DNA of 64,000 bases from an uncultured bacterium (lineage in GTDB: Bacteria > Chlamydiota > Chlamydiia > Chlamydiales > SM23-39), in the NCBI GenBank assembly GCA_963716985.1, contig OY970323.1, positions 128,001 to 192,000 on the forward strand, written 5' to 3'. The notes beneath the pieces were generated by a model that worked only from the letters and a program-made list of their open reading frames with translations, made no database searches and was not told the DNA's origin. Position numbers and translations under genes: made by a program. Below are positions 20,030 through 29,578 of the stretch, in pieces. The first letter of the stretch is position 1. The number at the start of each line of letters is the position of its first letter.

Positions 20030-21768
20030 AAATGAAGATCTTTTCTCCTTTAGAAATTGCTTTTGCGAAAAAGATTCTGACATCGATTGAAAAAGAAAAT
20101 GAAGAGGAGGCTCTTTTTCTCTCCTATCTATTCGCTGCATCAATTGAGGGCCATCTCTGCGTTGCGTACAAAGAAAAACTTGTCCCAAGCCCCTCTTTCT
20201 TGTGGGACAGGCCCTCTTGTGAAGAGGTCAGAGTGACGGAAAGCTGTCTGGAGGAAAAAATCATTCGGGGATTGCACAAGATCCTCTCGAAAAAAGAAGG
20301 GCAGAACGGCGCTCTTTCTGATGCCATTTGCGTCGAAGAGTCTCGAGTCTATTTGCAGAGAAATCATTTTTTTGAAACCAAAATTGCGAGCAGCTTTGCT
20401 CGTCTGTTGCAAGCAAAGCCGGCAGATCTTTTTCTTCGTGAAAAATTCTTATATGAGCTGCAGCAAAGACAAGAACGCGGTTTTCTTTTAGAAGAGCAAA
20501 GAGAGTCGATCGAAAAAAGTCTGACCCTTTCCCTCTCGTTGATTGTGGGAGGTCCGGGAACGGGAAAGACCTATACGGCAGCAGAAATGATCTCTCTTTT
20601 TTCCGCCTGTTTCAACAGGGAAAAAAAGAAGAAGCTGCGCATCGCCCTTGCAGCGCCCACGGGGCGGGCCGCGGAGCATTTGAAACAGGCGGTAGGGAAG
20701 CGCTGTGCTCTCGATTGCGCAGAAGCTATTTTTTTGACCCTTCACTCTCTTTTGAAAATACATGAGGGACATGCATGGCCCTTGGAACAAAGGCCCCAAA
20801 TGGCCGATCTGATCATCGTCGATGAAGCTTCGATGATCGATCCCAGGCTCATGGCCTGTTTGCTGGACTCCCTTCCTTCTTCATCAAGGCTTGTTCTCAT
20901 GGGAGATGCCCATCAGCTTCCCGCAGTGGAGGGGGGCAGTATTTTTGCCGAAATGGCCAAGAAAAAATCCTTCCGAGGCAGATCTTTTTCTACGCTTTTA
21001 AAGCATGCTGTGCGTTTTGAAAATGAGGCGATTGTCCGGTTTTCTCAAGACATTCTGGAAGGAAGGAGCGAAGAGGCTTTTGTGGAGAATCAAAAGGGGG
21101 TCTCTTTTCATTTTGTAGAAGAAGAAAGAAAGATGCGCGAAGAATTTTTTGATCTCGGAGGGGGATTTTTTATGCCCCCTTTTGTTGGTAAGGTGGACGT
21201 GGAGGGGTGCTTTGCGTTTTTGCACCGATTTCGACTCCTCTGTCCCTTAAGGAACTCTTTGCTCGGAACGCATGTGCTCAACCGGATGTTTTTTCAAGAG
21301 CTCATGAAAAGGCTCTCTTTTGGGGAAGAGGCTTTTTTCCCTATCTTGATGACGCGCAATGATCCCGACAATAAAATTTCCAATGGCACGCTCGGAATGG
21401 TCCATTTTGTTTTTCGAGGGGAAAAAAACCCATTTCTTCCGACAGACCCTGTCTATTTTTGGGATGGGGAGGGAAACAAATTGCGCACACTTCCCCTTTG
21501 TGCACTTGGCCCCTTTGAAGCCGGGTTTTGCCTCTCCGTTCACAAAAGCCAAGGGAGCGAATTTTCCGAAGTGTTTCTTCTTCTCCCTCCCGGATGCGAG
21601 AGGTTCGGAAAAGAAATGCTCTATACGGCAGCAACGCGTGCAAAGAAAACCCTTTTCATGATCGGAAGAAAGAAAACAATAGAAGAGCTCTTTAAGAGAG
21701 GATCTCTAAAGAGCTCGGGCTTATTGAAAAAACTGCAAGATTGCGAACATTTAAGCGTTCCTCTGTAA
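20005..21768 (+). CDS. recD: Exodeoxyribonuclease V alpha subunit
   Basis: GGPGTGKT, APTGRAA, VDEASM, GDAHQLP, HKSQGSEF and YTAATRAK. Confidence 0.95.
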   Translation: MPTAASCLEMKIFSPLEIAFAKKILTSIEKENEEEALFLSYLFAASIEGHLCVAYKEKLVPSPSFLWDRPSCEEVRVTESCLEEKIIRGLHKILSKKEGQNGALSDAICVEESRVYLQRNHFFETKIASSFARLLQAKPADLFLREKFLYELQQRQERGFLLEEQRESIEKSLTLSLSLIVGGPGTGKTYTAAEMISLFSACFNREKKKKLRIALAAPTGRAAEHLKQAVGKRCALDCAEAIFLTLHSLLKIHEGHAWPLEQRPQMADLIIVDEASMIDPRLMACLLDSLPSSSRLVLMGDAHQLPAVEGGSIFAEMAKKKSFRGRSFSTLLKHAVRFENEAIVRFSQDILEGRSEEAFVENQKGVSFHFVEEERKMREEFFDLGGGFFMPPFVGKVDVEGCFAFLHRFRLLCPLRNSLLGTHVLNRMFFQELMKRLSFGEEAFFPILMTRNDPDNKISNGTLGMVHFVFRGEKNPFLPTDPVYFWDGEGNKLRTLPLCALGPFEAGFCLSVHKSQGSEFSEVFLLLPPGCERFGKEMLYTAATRAKKTLFMIGRKKTIEELFKRGSLKSSGLLKKLQDCEHLSVPL

Positions 21769-22134
21769 GAGCGTTGCCAATCTTGATTTGTTACGGGAAG
21801 CGAAATTGGATTCTAAAATGCCCTTTTTCACCCCTTTGTCAAGAAGACTGTGAATGACCGAAAGTTTCGCCCGGAGTTTCGAATCCTCCTCTTTCTTTTG
21901 AACGGATGTTCGCAGGCTGCGAATGGCATTTTTTGTTTTTGACTGGAAAGACTTATTGATCAAACGTCTTTTGTTATTTTGCATTTCGCGTTTTTGTGCA
22001 GTAGGTCTTCGTACGTTCCCTTCTTTTTTTTCTTTTCCTGCTTCGGCAGGGGCGGCAGCCTTGGCCTTTTGTTCTTTAGGCTCTTGTGACTTAGCGGGTT
22101 CTGCTGCTTTTTGCTCTTCTACTTTTTTTTCCAT
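21751..22134 (-). CDS. rpsT: 30S ribosomal protein S20 with N-terminal extension
   Basis: AQKREMQNNKRRLINK...LDKGVKKGI...FASRNKSRL. Confidence 0.92.
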   Translation of the reverse strand: MEKKVEEQKAAEPAKSQEPKEQKAKAAAPAEAGKEKKEGNVRRPTAQKREMQNNKRRLINKSFQSKTKNAIRSLRTSVQKKEEDSKLRAKLSVIHSLLDKGVKKGILESNFASRNKSRLATLLQRNA

Positions 22135-22399
22135 TTCTCCTCGCGGGGTTATAGAAATTTTCAGAAATGCGTCTACTATAAACAGGGGCGATTAATCCGT
22201 CAAAGGTTCTTTCATCAGTTCGCGGGGAAAATAGTAAATACAAGAAAGCGTGAAAAATTCTCTTTAATTCTGTATATTGAATTTTTTGAAAAAAGCAGAA
22301 GTTTTTATCATGGATTTTTGGGGGATCTTTGTTGACTTAAAGACGGGGAATTCTCCAAAATGGGCTGGGCTTTTTTCAAGAGTTTACCCATAGGATCAC

Positions 22400-24064
22400 A
22401 TGGCACATACTGCATCATTTCCTGAGTTTACCGCTCCTCAGCAGCAAAAAATCGATGAACTTGTCACCATTGCGAAAGAGCAGGGCTTTATCACCTTTGA
22501 GGAGATGAATGAAATCCTTCCTATGACCTTCGATTCTCCCGAGCAGATCGATCAGGTCTTGATTTTCCTCTCAGGTATGGATATTCAGGTTCTCAACCTT
22601 GCAGAGGTGGAAAGGCAGAAAGAGAGAAAGAAAGAAGCGAAAGAGCTAGAAGCCCTTCCCAAAAGGATGGAGGGATCGTCCGACGATCCCGTGCGCATGT
22701 ATTTGAAAGAGATGGGGTCGGTTCCCCTGCTTTCTCGCGAAGAAGAAGTGGAAATTTCCAAAAGGATCGAAAAGGCGCAGGTCCAGGTGGAAAAAATCAT
22801 CATGAGGTTTCGCTTTTCCACACGCGAGGCCATTTCCATTGCCCACTACCTTACCTCTTCGAAAGAAAGATTTGATAAAATCATTACGGAAAAAGAAGTT
22901 CCGGACAAACAAAAATATTTGCAGCTGCTTCCCAAATTATGCTCTTTGCTCAAAGAAGAGGACAGTTTTTTAGAAGAGTTTCTCGTCCAACTGATCAATC
23001 CCTCTTTGAAGAAAGATTTGCGCATGAAGAACATGGAAGAGAGCGAAAAATGCCGCATACGCACGCAGGCCTACCTTCGAAGATTTTATTTTCGCCATAA
23101 TGTGATCGAAGATTTTGGCGAAGTGATTCTGTCGGGATATGATCGCTTTTTGCAGCTGGAAAAAGAGATGCAGGAGCTAGGGCCGAGGGCCGAGAAGAAT
23201 AAGTTTGCTTTGGCCAGGCTCGCTGCCGTGAAAAGAAAACTTTATAAGCGCGAGCTTGCGGCCGGACGTTCTCTTGAAGAGTTCAAGAAGGATGTCAAGA
23301 TGCTGCAGCGCTGGATGGACAAGAGCCAAGAAGCCAAAAGAGAGATGGTGGAGTCCAATTTGCGGCTCGTGATTTCGATTGCGAAGAAATATACGAACCG
23401 CGGCCTTTCCTTTTTGGATTTGATTCAAGAAGGCAACATGGGCCTTATGAAGGCGGTAGAGAAATTTGAGTATCGCCGCGGATATAAATTTTCCACTTAT
23501 GCTACCTGGTGGATTCGTCAAGCGGTGACACGCGCGATTGCAGATCAGGCCCGCACGATTCGCATTCCCGTGCACATGATCGAAACTATTAATAAGGTGC
23601 TCAGAGGAGCGAAAAAGCTGATGATGGAGACGGGCAAAGAACCCACTCCGGAAGAGCTTGCAAAAGAGCTTGCAATGACCCCCGAGCGTGTCCGAGAAAT
23701 TTATAAAATTGCACAGCACCCCATCTCTTTGCAAGCGGAAGTGGGAGACGGCGGAGAGAGCCAATTTGGAGATTTTCTTGAAGATACCGTCATTGAATCC
23801 CCTGCCGAGGCGACCGGTTATTCCATTTTAAAAGACAAGATGAATGAAGTATTAGCGACGCTCACCGATCGAGAAAGAACCGTTCTCATTGAACGTTTCG
23901 GCCTCCTCGACGGCAAGCCCAAAACTTTGGAGGAAGTGGGCATCCGATTCAAAGTAACAAGAGAGCGCGTTCGTCAAATCGAAGCCAAGGCCCTTCGCAA
24001 AATGCGCCACCCTACACGGGCCAAGCAGTTGCAAGCCTTCTTGGATCTTCTCGAAGGGGAATAG
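22400..24064 (+). CDS. rpoD: Primary sigma factor (sigma66/RpoD)
   Basis: [35 protein letters not shown] and [15 protein letters not shown]. Confidence 0.98.
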   Translation: MAHTASFPEFTAPQQQKIDELVTIAKEQGFITFEEMNEILPMTFDSPEQIDQVLIFLSGMDIQVLNLAEVERQKERKKEAKELEALPKRMEGSSDDPVRMYLKEMGSVPLLSREEEVEISKRIEKAQVQVEKIIMRFRFSTREAISIAHYLTSSKERFDKIITEKEVPDKQKYLQLLPKLCSLLKEEDSFLEEFLVQLINPSLKKDLRMKNMEESEKCRIRTQAYLRRFYFRHNVIEDFGEVILSGYDRFLQLEKEMQELGPRAEKNKFALARLAAVKRKLYKRELAAGRSLEEFKKDVKMLQRWMDKSQEAKREMVESNLRLVISIAKKYTNRGLSFLDLIQEGNMGLMKAVEKFEYRRGYKFSTYATWWIRQAVTRAIADQARTIRIPVHMIETINKVLRGAKKLMMETGKEPTPEELAKELAMTPERVREIYKIAQHPISLQAEVGDGGESQFGDFLEDTVIESPAEATGYSILKDKMNEVLATLTDRERTVLIERFGLLDGKPKTLEEVGIRFKVTRERVRQIEAKALRKMRHPTRAKQLQAFLDLLEGE

Positions 24065-24163
24065 AAGCTTTGATTTTCCATGATAAAAACCAATGGGAAT
24101 TGGTTTGCCTTATGCAAAAAAATCCCCGCGTCAAGCAGCTTTACATTCATGATTTTGGGAGAT

Positions 24164-24236
24164 TGGAGTGTATCGGGATCGAACCGACGACCTCAACAAT
24201 GCCATTGTTGCGCTCTACCAACTGAGCTAACACCCC
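24164..24236 (-). tRNA. tRNA-Ala(GGC)
   Basis: Reverse complement GGGGTGTTAGCTCAGTTGGTAGAGCG-CAACA-ATGGCAT-TGTTG...GGTTCGATCCC...CACTCCA, with a G3:U70 pair. Confidence 0.95.
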
Positions 24237-24306
24237 GAAAAAAGCTTTTTTAGCTTACCTGCTTTTCCATTTTGTGAAAAGAGTGCAACTTTTTTTAACA
24301 GTAAAC

Positions 24307-24341
24307 GAGTAGTCTAGAGGGATTTCACCTCTAGACTACTC
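24307..24341. repeat. Perfect 14-bp inverted repeat at the intron 5' flank
   Basis: GAGTAGTCTAGAGG-gatttca-CCTCTAGACTACTC. Confidence 0.9.
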
Positions 24342-24342
24342 A

Positions 24343-26383
24343 TTGTGCCTGGCATGAATAAGACCTAATCGGTGAAAGTCCGATCGTAACCCAGAAAGGA
24401 GGGAATACGTAGACGAAGAGGCAAGGGTGTCCAAAGAAACCTTTACGAGCTGCTGAGAAACCAGACAAAACAGAATCGAAAAAGGCCAATGCGAAATCTG
24501 AAAGAAGCCTAATCAAATTTGCCACCTAAACGAAAGTGAACCTTCGTAAGGCAGGAGAAGAGGGTGAGATAGCTGACAGTATCAAAACCCAAAATCCTTT
24601 ACGTATCCTTCTCAAGTAGTGAAGGTGGGTGGGCAAAGAAAGGGATTATTCTTACCCAGGGAGAATCCGTTGGGAAACCGGAGACATGTAACTACGACAT
24701 AGATCTCCTAAGCACTACAGCGATGTGGATGTTACGGACCAAAGGATTTCGGATTCGGTCATAGTAGTCGTAAAACTGTGAGCCTAAGAGGGTGTGGTGA
24801 CACACCTGAGGATAAAACTCATAGAAAGAGACGCGAGTCGAGGCGAAGGACCGAACATGTTAATGTGCAAACTCTAACATCTGAAGCTATTGTTCTGAGA
24901 TTTGAAGAAACCACCTCAATCCAAAAGAACATCGTAATGTTCCCGGAGGAAAGAGGAATCGACGAAAGAACAATACAAAAGGAGAAGCGAAATGAACAAG
25001 AGCAAGCAACTTGAATTTCAATTTCAAACAGATCTCTTCGAGCAGATCTGCGCACTTGAAACTCTCATGGAAGCTTTTAAATCCGTAAAACGGAATAAAG
25101 GGGCCCCTGGGATAGATGGAATTACCATCGAAAAGTACGAAGAAAATCTCGAAGAGAACCTGAAACAGCTCAAGGCAGAAGTTTTGAGTTGGATATATAA
25201 ACCAACACCCGTAAAACGAGTGGAAATACCAAAACCAGGAGAAAAAGGGATCAGATTGCTCGGAATTCCTATCGTAAAAGATAGAGTTCTCCACATGGCA
25301 ATAAAGATGGTTTTAGAGCCCATCATAGATCCCACATTCTCAGAAAACAGTTTTGGATTTCGTCCTGGAAGGAACCAACAACAAGCGGTTCAACAAGCTC
25401 AGAAAATCGTGCTATCAGGAAAAGAGTATGTAGCGGACATAGATCTTTCGAAATTCTTCGATAGGATCAACCACGACAGGCTCATCTACAGACTGAAAGG
25501 ACACGTAAAAGACCCAAGAATTTTAAAGCTAATCGGAATGATCTTGCGCGGAGGAGTCATGATAGATGGGGTTAAAACTCCATCAGAAGAAGGATCTGTA
25601 CAAGGCAGTCCATTAAGCCCGCTCTTGAGTAACGTTGTCTTGGATGAATTAGATAAAGAACTGGAAAAGCGCAACCTGGAGTTCTGCCGTTTCGCTGATG
25701 ATTGCAACATATTTGCAAAATCACAGAGAGCAGCAGAGAGAATCATGCAATCGATAAAGAAATTTATCGAAAAGAAACTCAAACTCAAGGTCAATGAAGA
25801 AAAGAGCAAAACCAGAAAATCGAAAGAAGTAAAATTTCTAGGCATGACGATCATCGAAGGAACAATAACCATCGCCAAAGCCGCTTATGATAAGGCAATG
25901 GAGAAGGTGAGAAGTATGATTCCTAGAGGATCCCACCTACCCATTGAGAAAGCCATGAAAGAAGTAAACACATGGTATCAGGGATGGGCATCTTACTTCA
26001 AGATGACCCAATACCCTTCTCAACTGAGGGGGATAGAGGCTCATATCAGGAGAAGATTTAGAGCCCGAATCATTTATCAGCAAAAGAAGAAAAGAAATCT
26101 TCTTTCGTTGCTGCTGAAAAGAGGAATAGAGAAGAAAAGGGCAGGTAAAACGGTATACTCCAACCGAGGCACTTGGAATCTGTCTCATACAGCAGTCCTA
26201 GATAAAGCTTTTTCGGTAAGATGGTTTATAGAACAAGCAGGACAAATAATAATTTCCAACGTAACAATGAGACATTGGTTCGAGATTGAGAAATGGGTAA
26301 AATTAACATGAAGAGCCGTGTACGGACCCGTACGCACGGTTCTGTGAGAGGACGGAGCCCAAAGAGGGCTCCTCCTACTCGGC
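24343..26383 (+). mobile_element. Group II intron with intron-encoded RT/maturase
   Basis: 5' (TT)GTGCCTGGCATG. Domain V GAGCCGTGTACGGACCCGTACGCACGGTTC directly follows the ORF stop. Domain VI has a bulged A at 26377 and ends CTACTCGGC. 5' boundary is 24343 or 24345. Confidence 0.9.
24992..26311 (+). CDS. ltrA: Group II intron reverse transcriptase/maturase (no endonuclease domain)
   Basis: NKGAPGIDG, RLLGIP..DR, SFGFRPGR, DLSKFFDRINH, QGSPLSPLLSN, RFADD and X-domain GWASYF. Confidence 0.95.
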   Translation: MNKSKQLEFQFQTDLFEQICALETLMEAFKSVKRNKGAPGIDGITIEKYEENLEENLKQLKAEVLSWIYKPTPVKRVEIPKPGEKGIRLLGIPIVKDRVLHMAIKMVLEPIIDPTFSENSFGFRPGRNQQQAVQQAQKIVLSGKEYVADIDLSKFFDRINHDRLIYRLKGHVKDPRILKLIGMILRGGVMIDGVKTPSEEGSVQGSPLSPLLSNVVLDELDKELEKRNLEFCRFADDCNIFAKSQRAAERIMQSIKKFIEKKLKLKVNEEKSKTRKSKEVKFLGMTIIEGTITIAKAAYDKAMEKVRSMIPRGSHLPIEKAMKEVNTWYQGWASYFKMTQYPSQLRGIEAHIRRRFRARIIYQQKKKRNLLSLLLKRGIEKKRAGKTVYSNRGTWNLSHTAVLDKAFSVRWFIEQAGQIIISNVTMRHWFEIEKWVKLT

Positions 26384-26480
26384 CTTTAATTTGCGCAGGG
26401 TGCAGTTTGAATTCCTGAGATAGGTCTGCCAAGGTTTTGTTTTCCTTCAGCGCCTCGAGAGCTGGGGTGTGACAAACTCA

Positions 26481-27812
26481 CTAAAACCCCGCCGCTTCCA
26501 TCAATGAACTTCCAGCATGTTCATGTATAACATTTTTAGCTCGATTTTTTTTCCTCCACGATCCGAGAGCTTTTCTTCTCTTGGAGAGTAATGTTGATCC
26601 TATCTGCTCTTTTGCCCAAGCGTCGACGTCTGCCGTGCTGACCTGTTTCATGGCTGCACTGACTATATCAGCGTCCACTTTGCCAACACATGCAGCGGTT
26701 CCCAGGATAAGCGATGTAAAACCCCCCTTGCTTTGATCTTGCTCAAGACTCTTTAATTTTCCAAATAATGATTCAATGATCTCACTCGATCCTACCCAGA
26801 CCCGACCAACAGGAACAATTTTCGATTGCTCCTGGTAAAAATCTATCAACATCCCAGCGTATTCGCATGCCTGTTCGTTAAAATTCAATAGTTCCATTGC
26901 ATTTTCTAGCACCGTATTAATTTGATCGCCTGTGGTGGTGCAAATGCCATGCTCACGAATATACTGCCTAACTTTCTGGCTGATGAGAGTCATTTGTTTC
27001 AGACGCTCAAGGAGTTCTTTATGTTGGCGTATCCAGCCACAGTATTTCTCGAGCAGTGCTTTGTCAGGGTGCTTTGGGTTTTCCAGAGCTATTATAATGT
27101 CGATTCCCCAAAGCACAAGAATCTCAATATTAAGAAATCGGGATTTTGTCCTCTGATTTGGAGGAGCAAGGTGGGCTGCTTGTGTCTGCTGCATCTTTCT
27201 TTTCGCTTCTGCTGCTGCAGAAGTAAATGCTTGCCATTCCGGATCTTTTTCCAAAAGCTTCTTCAAAAATGTACCGATTTTGTGAGTGGCATCAAAAATT
27301 CGACCTACATTGTGTTTTTTACAAAAAAGAACAATTCCTCCTCGTAGATCTGGACCGTCATCAGCACATACCATCGCGACAGTTCCCACTCTTTTTTGCG
27401 CCTTTTCCAGAGCCTTGCAAACGATTTTTGCATCAGATTTTTCGTGGATCTCCATAATCAGCGTTTCCATATCTTCGAATGTGAGCGCTTTTCCTTGGAG
27501 CTTGCTAAGTCTTACCCCCAAAATCACAAGAAATTTATGCGAACCAATCTGGACTGAGTTGTCGATGATTAGCGCCCAGTCGTCTGCCTGTTCTTTCAAG
27601 CAATTTAATTTATAGAGGCCGACCTGAGTAAGCCATCTGCTAATGCTTTTATATGTAGGAATTGCCTGATTTTTCACAGCGGCGAATTGAGAAAACGCGA
27701 TATGGATGGATTTGGGAGCTGCCCGGAATGAAATGGCTGCTTGCAAAACAAGCTTAATACACATGACAATCATTAAGATGGGGTACCAGCGACGAGGCGC
27801 TTTCTTTCCCAT
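26481..27812 (-). CDS. Putative DDE transposase (orfB)
   Basis: Inside the TIRs. Acidic motifs IIDNS, ADDGPDL and SSEIIESLFGK, plus a DATH (D-x2-H) motif. Confidence 0.8.
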   Translation of the reverse strand: MGKKAPRRWYPILMIVMCIKLVLQAAISFRAAPKSIHIAFSQFAAVKNQAIPTYKSISRWLTQVGLYKLNCLKEQADDWALIIDNSVQIGSHKFLVILGVRLSKLQGKALTFEDMETLIMEIHEKSDAKIVCKALEKAQKRVGTVAMVCADDGPDLRGGIVLFCKKHNVGRIFDATHKIGTFLKKLLEKDPEWQAFTSAAAEAKRKMQQTQAAHLAPPNQRTKSRFLNIEILVLWGIDIIIALENPKHPDKALLEKYCGWIRQHKELLERLKQMTLISQKVRQYIREHGICTTTGDQINTVLENAMELLNFNEQACEYAGMLIDFYQEQSKIVPVGRVWVGSSEIIESLFGKLKSLEQDQSKGGFTSLILGTAACVGKVDADIVSAAMKQVSTADVDAWAKEQIGSTLLSKRRKALGSWRKKNRAKNVIHEHAGSSLMEAAGF

Positions 27813-27828
27813 TTGCGGGATTAGATTT

Positions 27829-28137
27829 TCAAGTTCTCGATTTTTTTTCCCTCATCGTCTCAATCTCAGTCTGAAGTTGACCTACCCTCTCGCGTTCTTT
27901 GTCTGCTCGCATTCGTTCGCGTTCTATCTCTTCTTGGGCTGCTTGTAGCTGACAATCAAGCTCTTTGCTGCGGGATTTCCATTGGTCGCGATTCTCAGCG
28001 AGCTCTACGTTTCTATCTTTAAGTTTTTTGTTCGTTGCAGCTTTTTCGCGATTGATGTTTTTTAGATTGTCTCTAGAATTTCGCACACGATTCATCTGCT
28101 GACGCAAATCACCTGGTGGGGCTTTTTTCTTTTTCAT
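27829..28137 (-). CDS. IS orfA, coiled-coil protein
   Basis: GGAG RBS, then MKKKKAPP. Charged coiled coil ending at an A8 run. Confidence 0.7.
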   Translation of the reverse strand: MKKKKAPPGDLRQQMNRVRNSRDNLKNINREKAATNKKLKDRNVELAENRDQWKSRSKELDCQLQAAQEEIERERMRADKERERVGQLQTEIETMREKKSRT

Positions 28138-28463
28138 TATGATTTCTCCATGGAAAAAACGTAATTTTTTAGCACTTTTTCCTTTAGAAATCAAAATTTT
28201 TATGATTTGTAGTTAAAAATTTATGTTGTGAAGTTGTGCAAAAAAATGGGGGGAGATTTCAGGCGACATTTTAAGTTCTTATCGAAAGTTTGTCACACCC
28301 CACTCGAGAGCTACTCTGCCTTTAAATTGAGCTTGATATGAAACTCGCCTAGCCATAATGTTTTTCTCCTTTTTTGTTTTTTTGGAGAAAATCTTACACA
28401 TGACTTTATTGCTTATTCAAGTGTCCAGTTTTTGGGGGGCAGCGCATTTTTTAAAAAAATTTA

Positions 28464-28492
28464 TTGACACCAAGCCTCCAAAAAAGCATTCT
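28464..28492 (+). promoter_or_regulatory. Putative sigma66 promoter
   Basis: TTGACA-17 bp-CATTCT upstream of the 28564 gene. Confidence 0.4.
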
Positions 28493-28563
28493 CTTTTACG
28501 GTTTTCACAAAAAAATGCTCTTTGGTCTTCAATCGATCGGAGCTCTCAAAAAAGGAGGTTTTT

Positions 28564-28881
28564 ATGACAATATTAAGTGCAGCAGGAGCTGCAGGAGTTA
28601 CGGGTATTGCTGGGGCAGTTTGGGCTTATAACAGCATTTCGGATTGGTTAGGCCATCATCCGGGCGACCGCGTTAGAACACTCGCAGGAATCGATGTGAT
28701 AGTGCGAGAACAGGCGTTAAATTGGAATGCTCACAAATTAAGACTGACTATTATTTGGTCTCCAGAAGGTAGGGTGAATGATGGATTTGCTGAGAAGCAT
28801 ACGTGGCACGCCCGCTCTTCGCGTAAAGAGTGTCTACGGGAGCTGGAGACAGTAGTGGCAGAGGCCTATCCGAAAAAGTAA
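28564..28881 (+). CDS. Hypothetical protein (paralogue 1)
   Basis: AGGAGG RBS. Shares RLTxxxSPEGRxN with the next gene. Confidence 0.75.
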   Translation: MTILSAAGAAGVTGIAGAVWAYNSISDWLGHHPGDRVRTLAGIDVIVREQALNWNAHKLRLTIIWSPEGRVNDGFAEKHTWHARSSRKECLRELETVVAEAYPKK

Positions 28882-28948
28882 TGCCGAATAGAATTTCTAA
28901 AGGTCATGTTTTTTAAAACAAAACCATTTTCGAAAAAAGGAGTTTTTC

Positions 28949-29320
28949 ATGTCATTAATCGCAGACGCTGTTACAGCAGGTGCAATAAAAGATTTTGTGG
29001 TTGCAGAAATCGGGAAACCTGTTTTTGATCAGTTTGGAAGATTAGCTGTTGATACTGCCGGAAAATTAGAAGCGTTTTTTAGAACCAAATTAGATAATCA
29101 CCATCATCTTCATATAAGGAAGTTTTTTGGAAGAGAGTTTGCAATTGACGAGTTTGCTCCCGATGTGGGCGGACGTCGCGTTCGATTAACCGTTGCAGTG
29201 TCGCCAGAGGGAAGGATGAACGGTCAATCTTTTGAAAATTCTGGCAAGACTGCTAAAAAAGCACGTGAGGGTGCCCTAAAGTGTCTTGAGTTGTTGGCAA
29301 AATATACTTACAATTACTAA
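28949..29320 (+). CDS. Hypothetical protein (paralogue 2), possible dsRBD-like C-terminus
   Basis: AGGAG RBS. RLTVAVSPEGRMN and SGKTAKKAREGALKCLELL. Confidence 0.75.
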   Translation: MSLIADAVTAGAIKDFVVAEIGKPVFDQFGRLAVDTAGKLEAFFRTKLDNHHHLHIRKFFGREFAIDEFAPDVGGRRVRLTVAVSPEGRMNGQSFENSGKTAKKAREGALKCLELLAKYTYNY

Positions 29321-29343
29321 GACACCAAAAAACCCACACAATT

Positions 29344-29381
29344 ATTGATAGCCTCTTATCTCATTTAGGAGGTTATCAATA
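29344..29381 (+). terminator. Stem-loop after the paralogue pair
   Basis: ATTGATAGCCTCTTA...TAGGAGGTTATCAAT. Confidence 0.55.
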
Positions 29382-29578
29382 TGTGAAAAAAACGTCCCTT
29401 CGTGATTGAAAATCAGTGAATTTTTCAAGAAACCCCTAAGCCCTCAAGAAATTTTTTAGAATGAAGGTGAGAGAAATTTTTTAGAAAAAACAGCGCCAAA
29501 AATTTCCAAGAGCCTTGAAAGAAAAACTCTTTTGTAAAAACCACTGCTTTCGACATGATGAGCTAAAAAAGCATCCTT

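Larger units (their letters stand above)
26463..28302 (-). mobile_element. 1840-bp insertion sequence, Mutator-like DDE type, unclassified
   Basis: Perfect 16-bp TIR TGGGGTGTGACAAACT (26463-26478 / 28287-28302). 9-bp TSD CTCGAGAGC (26454-26462, 28303-28311). Confidence 0.93.
26384..28446 (-). pseudogene. IS3-family remnant (left IR plus orfA N-terminus), split by another IS and truncated at the intron
   Basis: IRL TGCGCTGCCCCCCAAAAACTGGACAC from 28446. ATG 28356 reads MARRVSYQAQFKGRVALE, and after removing the inserted IS continues ALKENKTLADLSQEFKLHPAQIK (IS3 OrfA HTH). Confidence 0.85.

Noticed and set aside
24992..26311. Retron or DGR reverse transcriptase (with the 45.5-48.4 kb repeats as TR/VR)
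   Set aside because: The RT has group II motifs and is followed by domains V/VI. Differences between the repeats are not adenine-specific.
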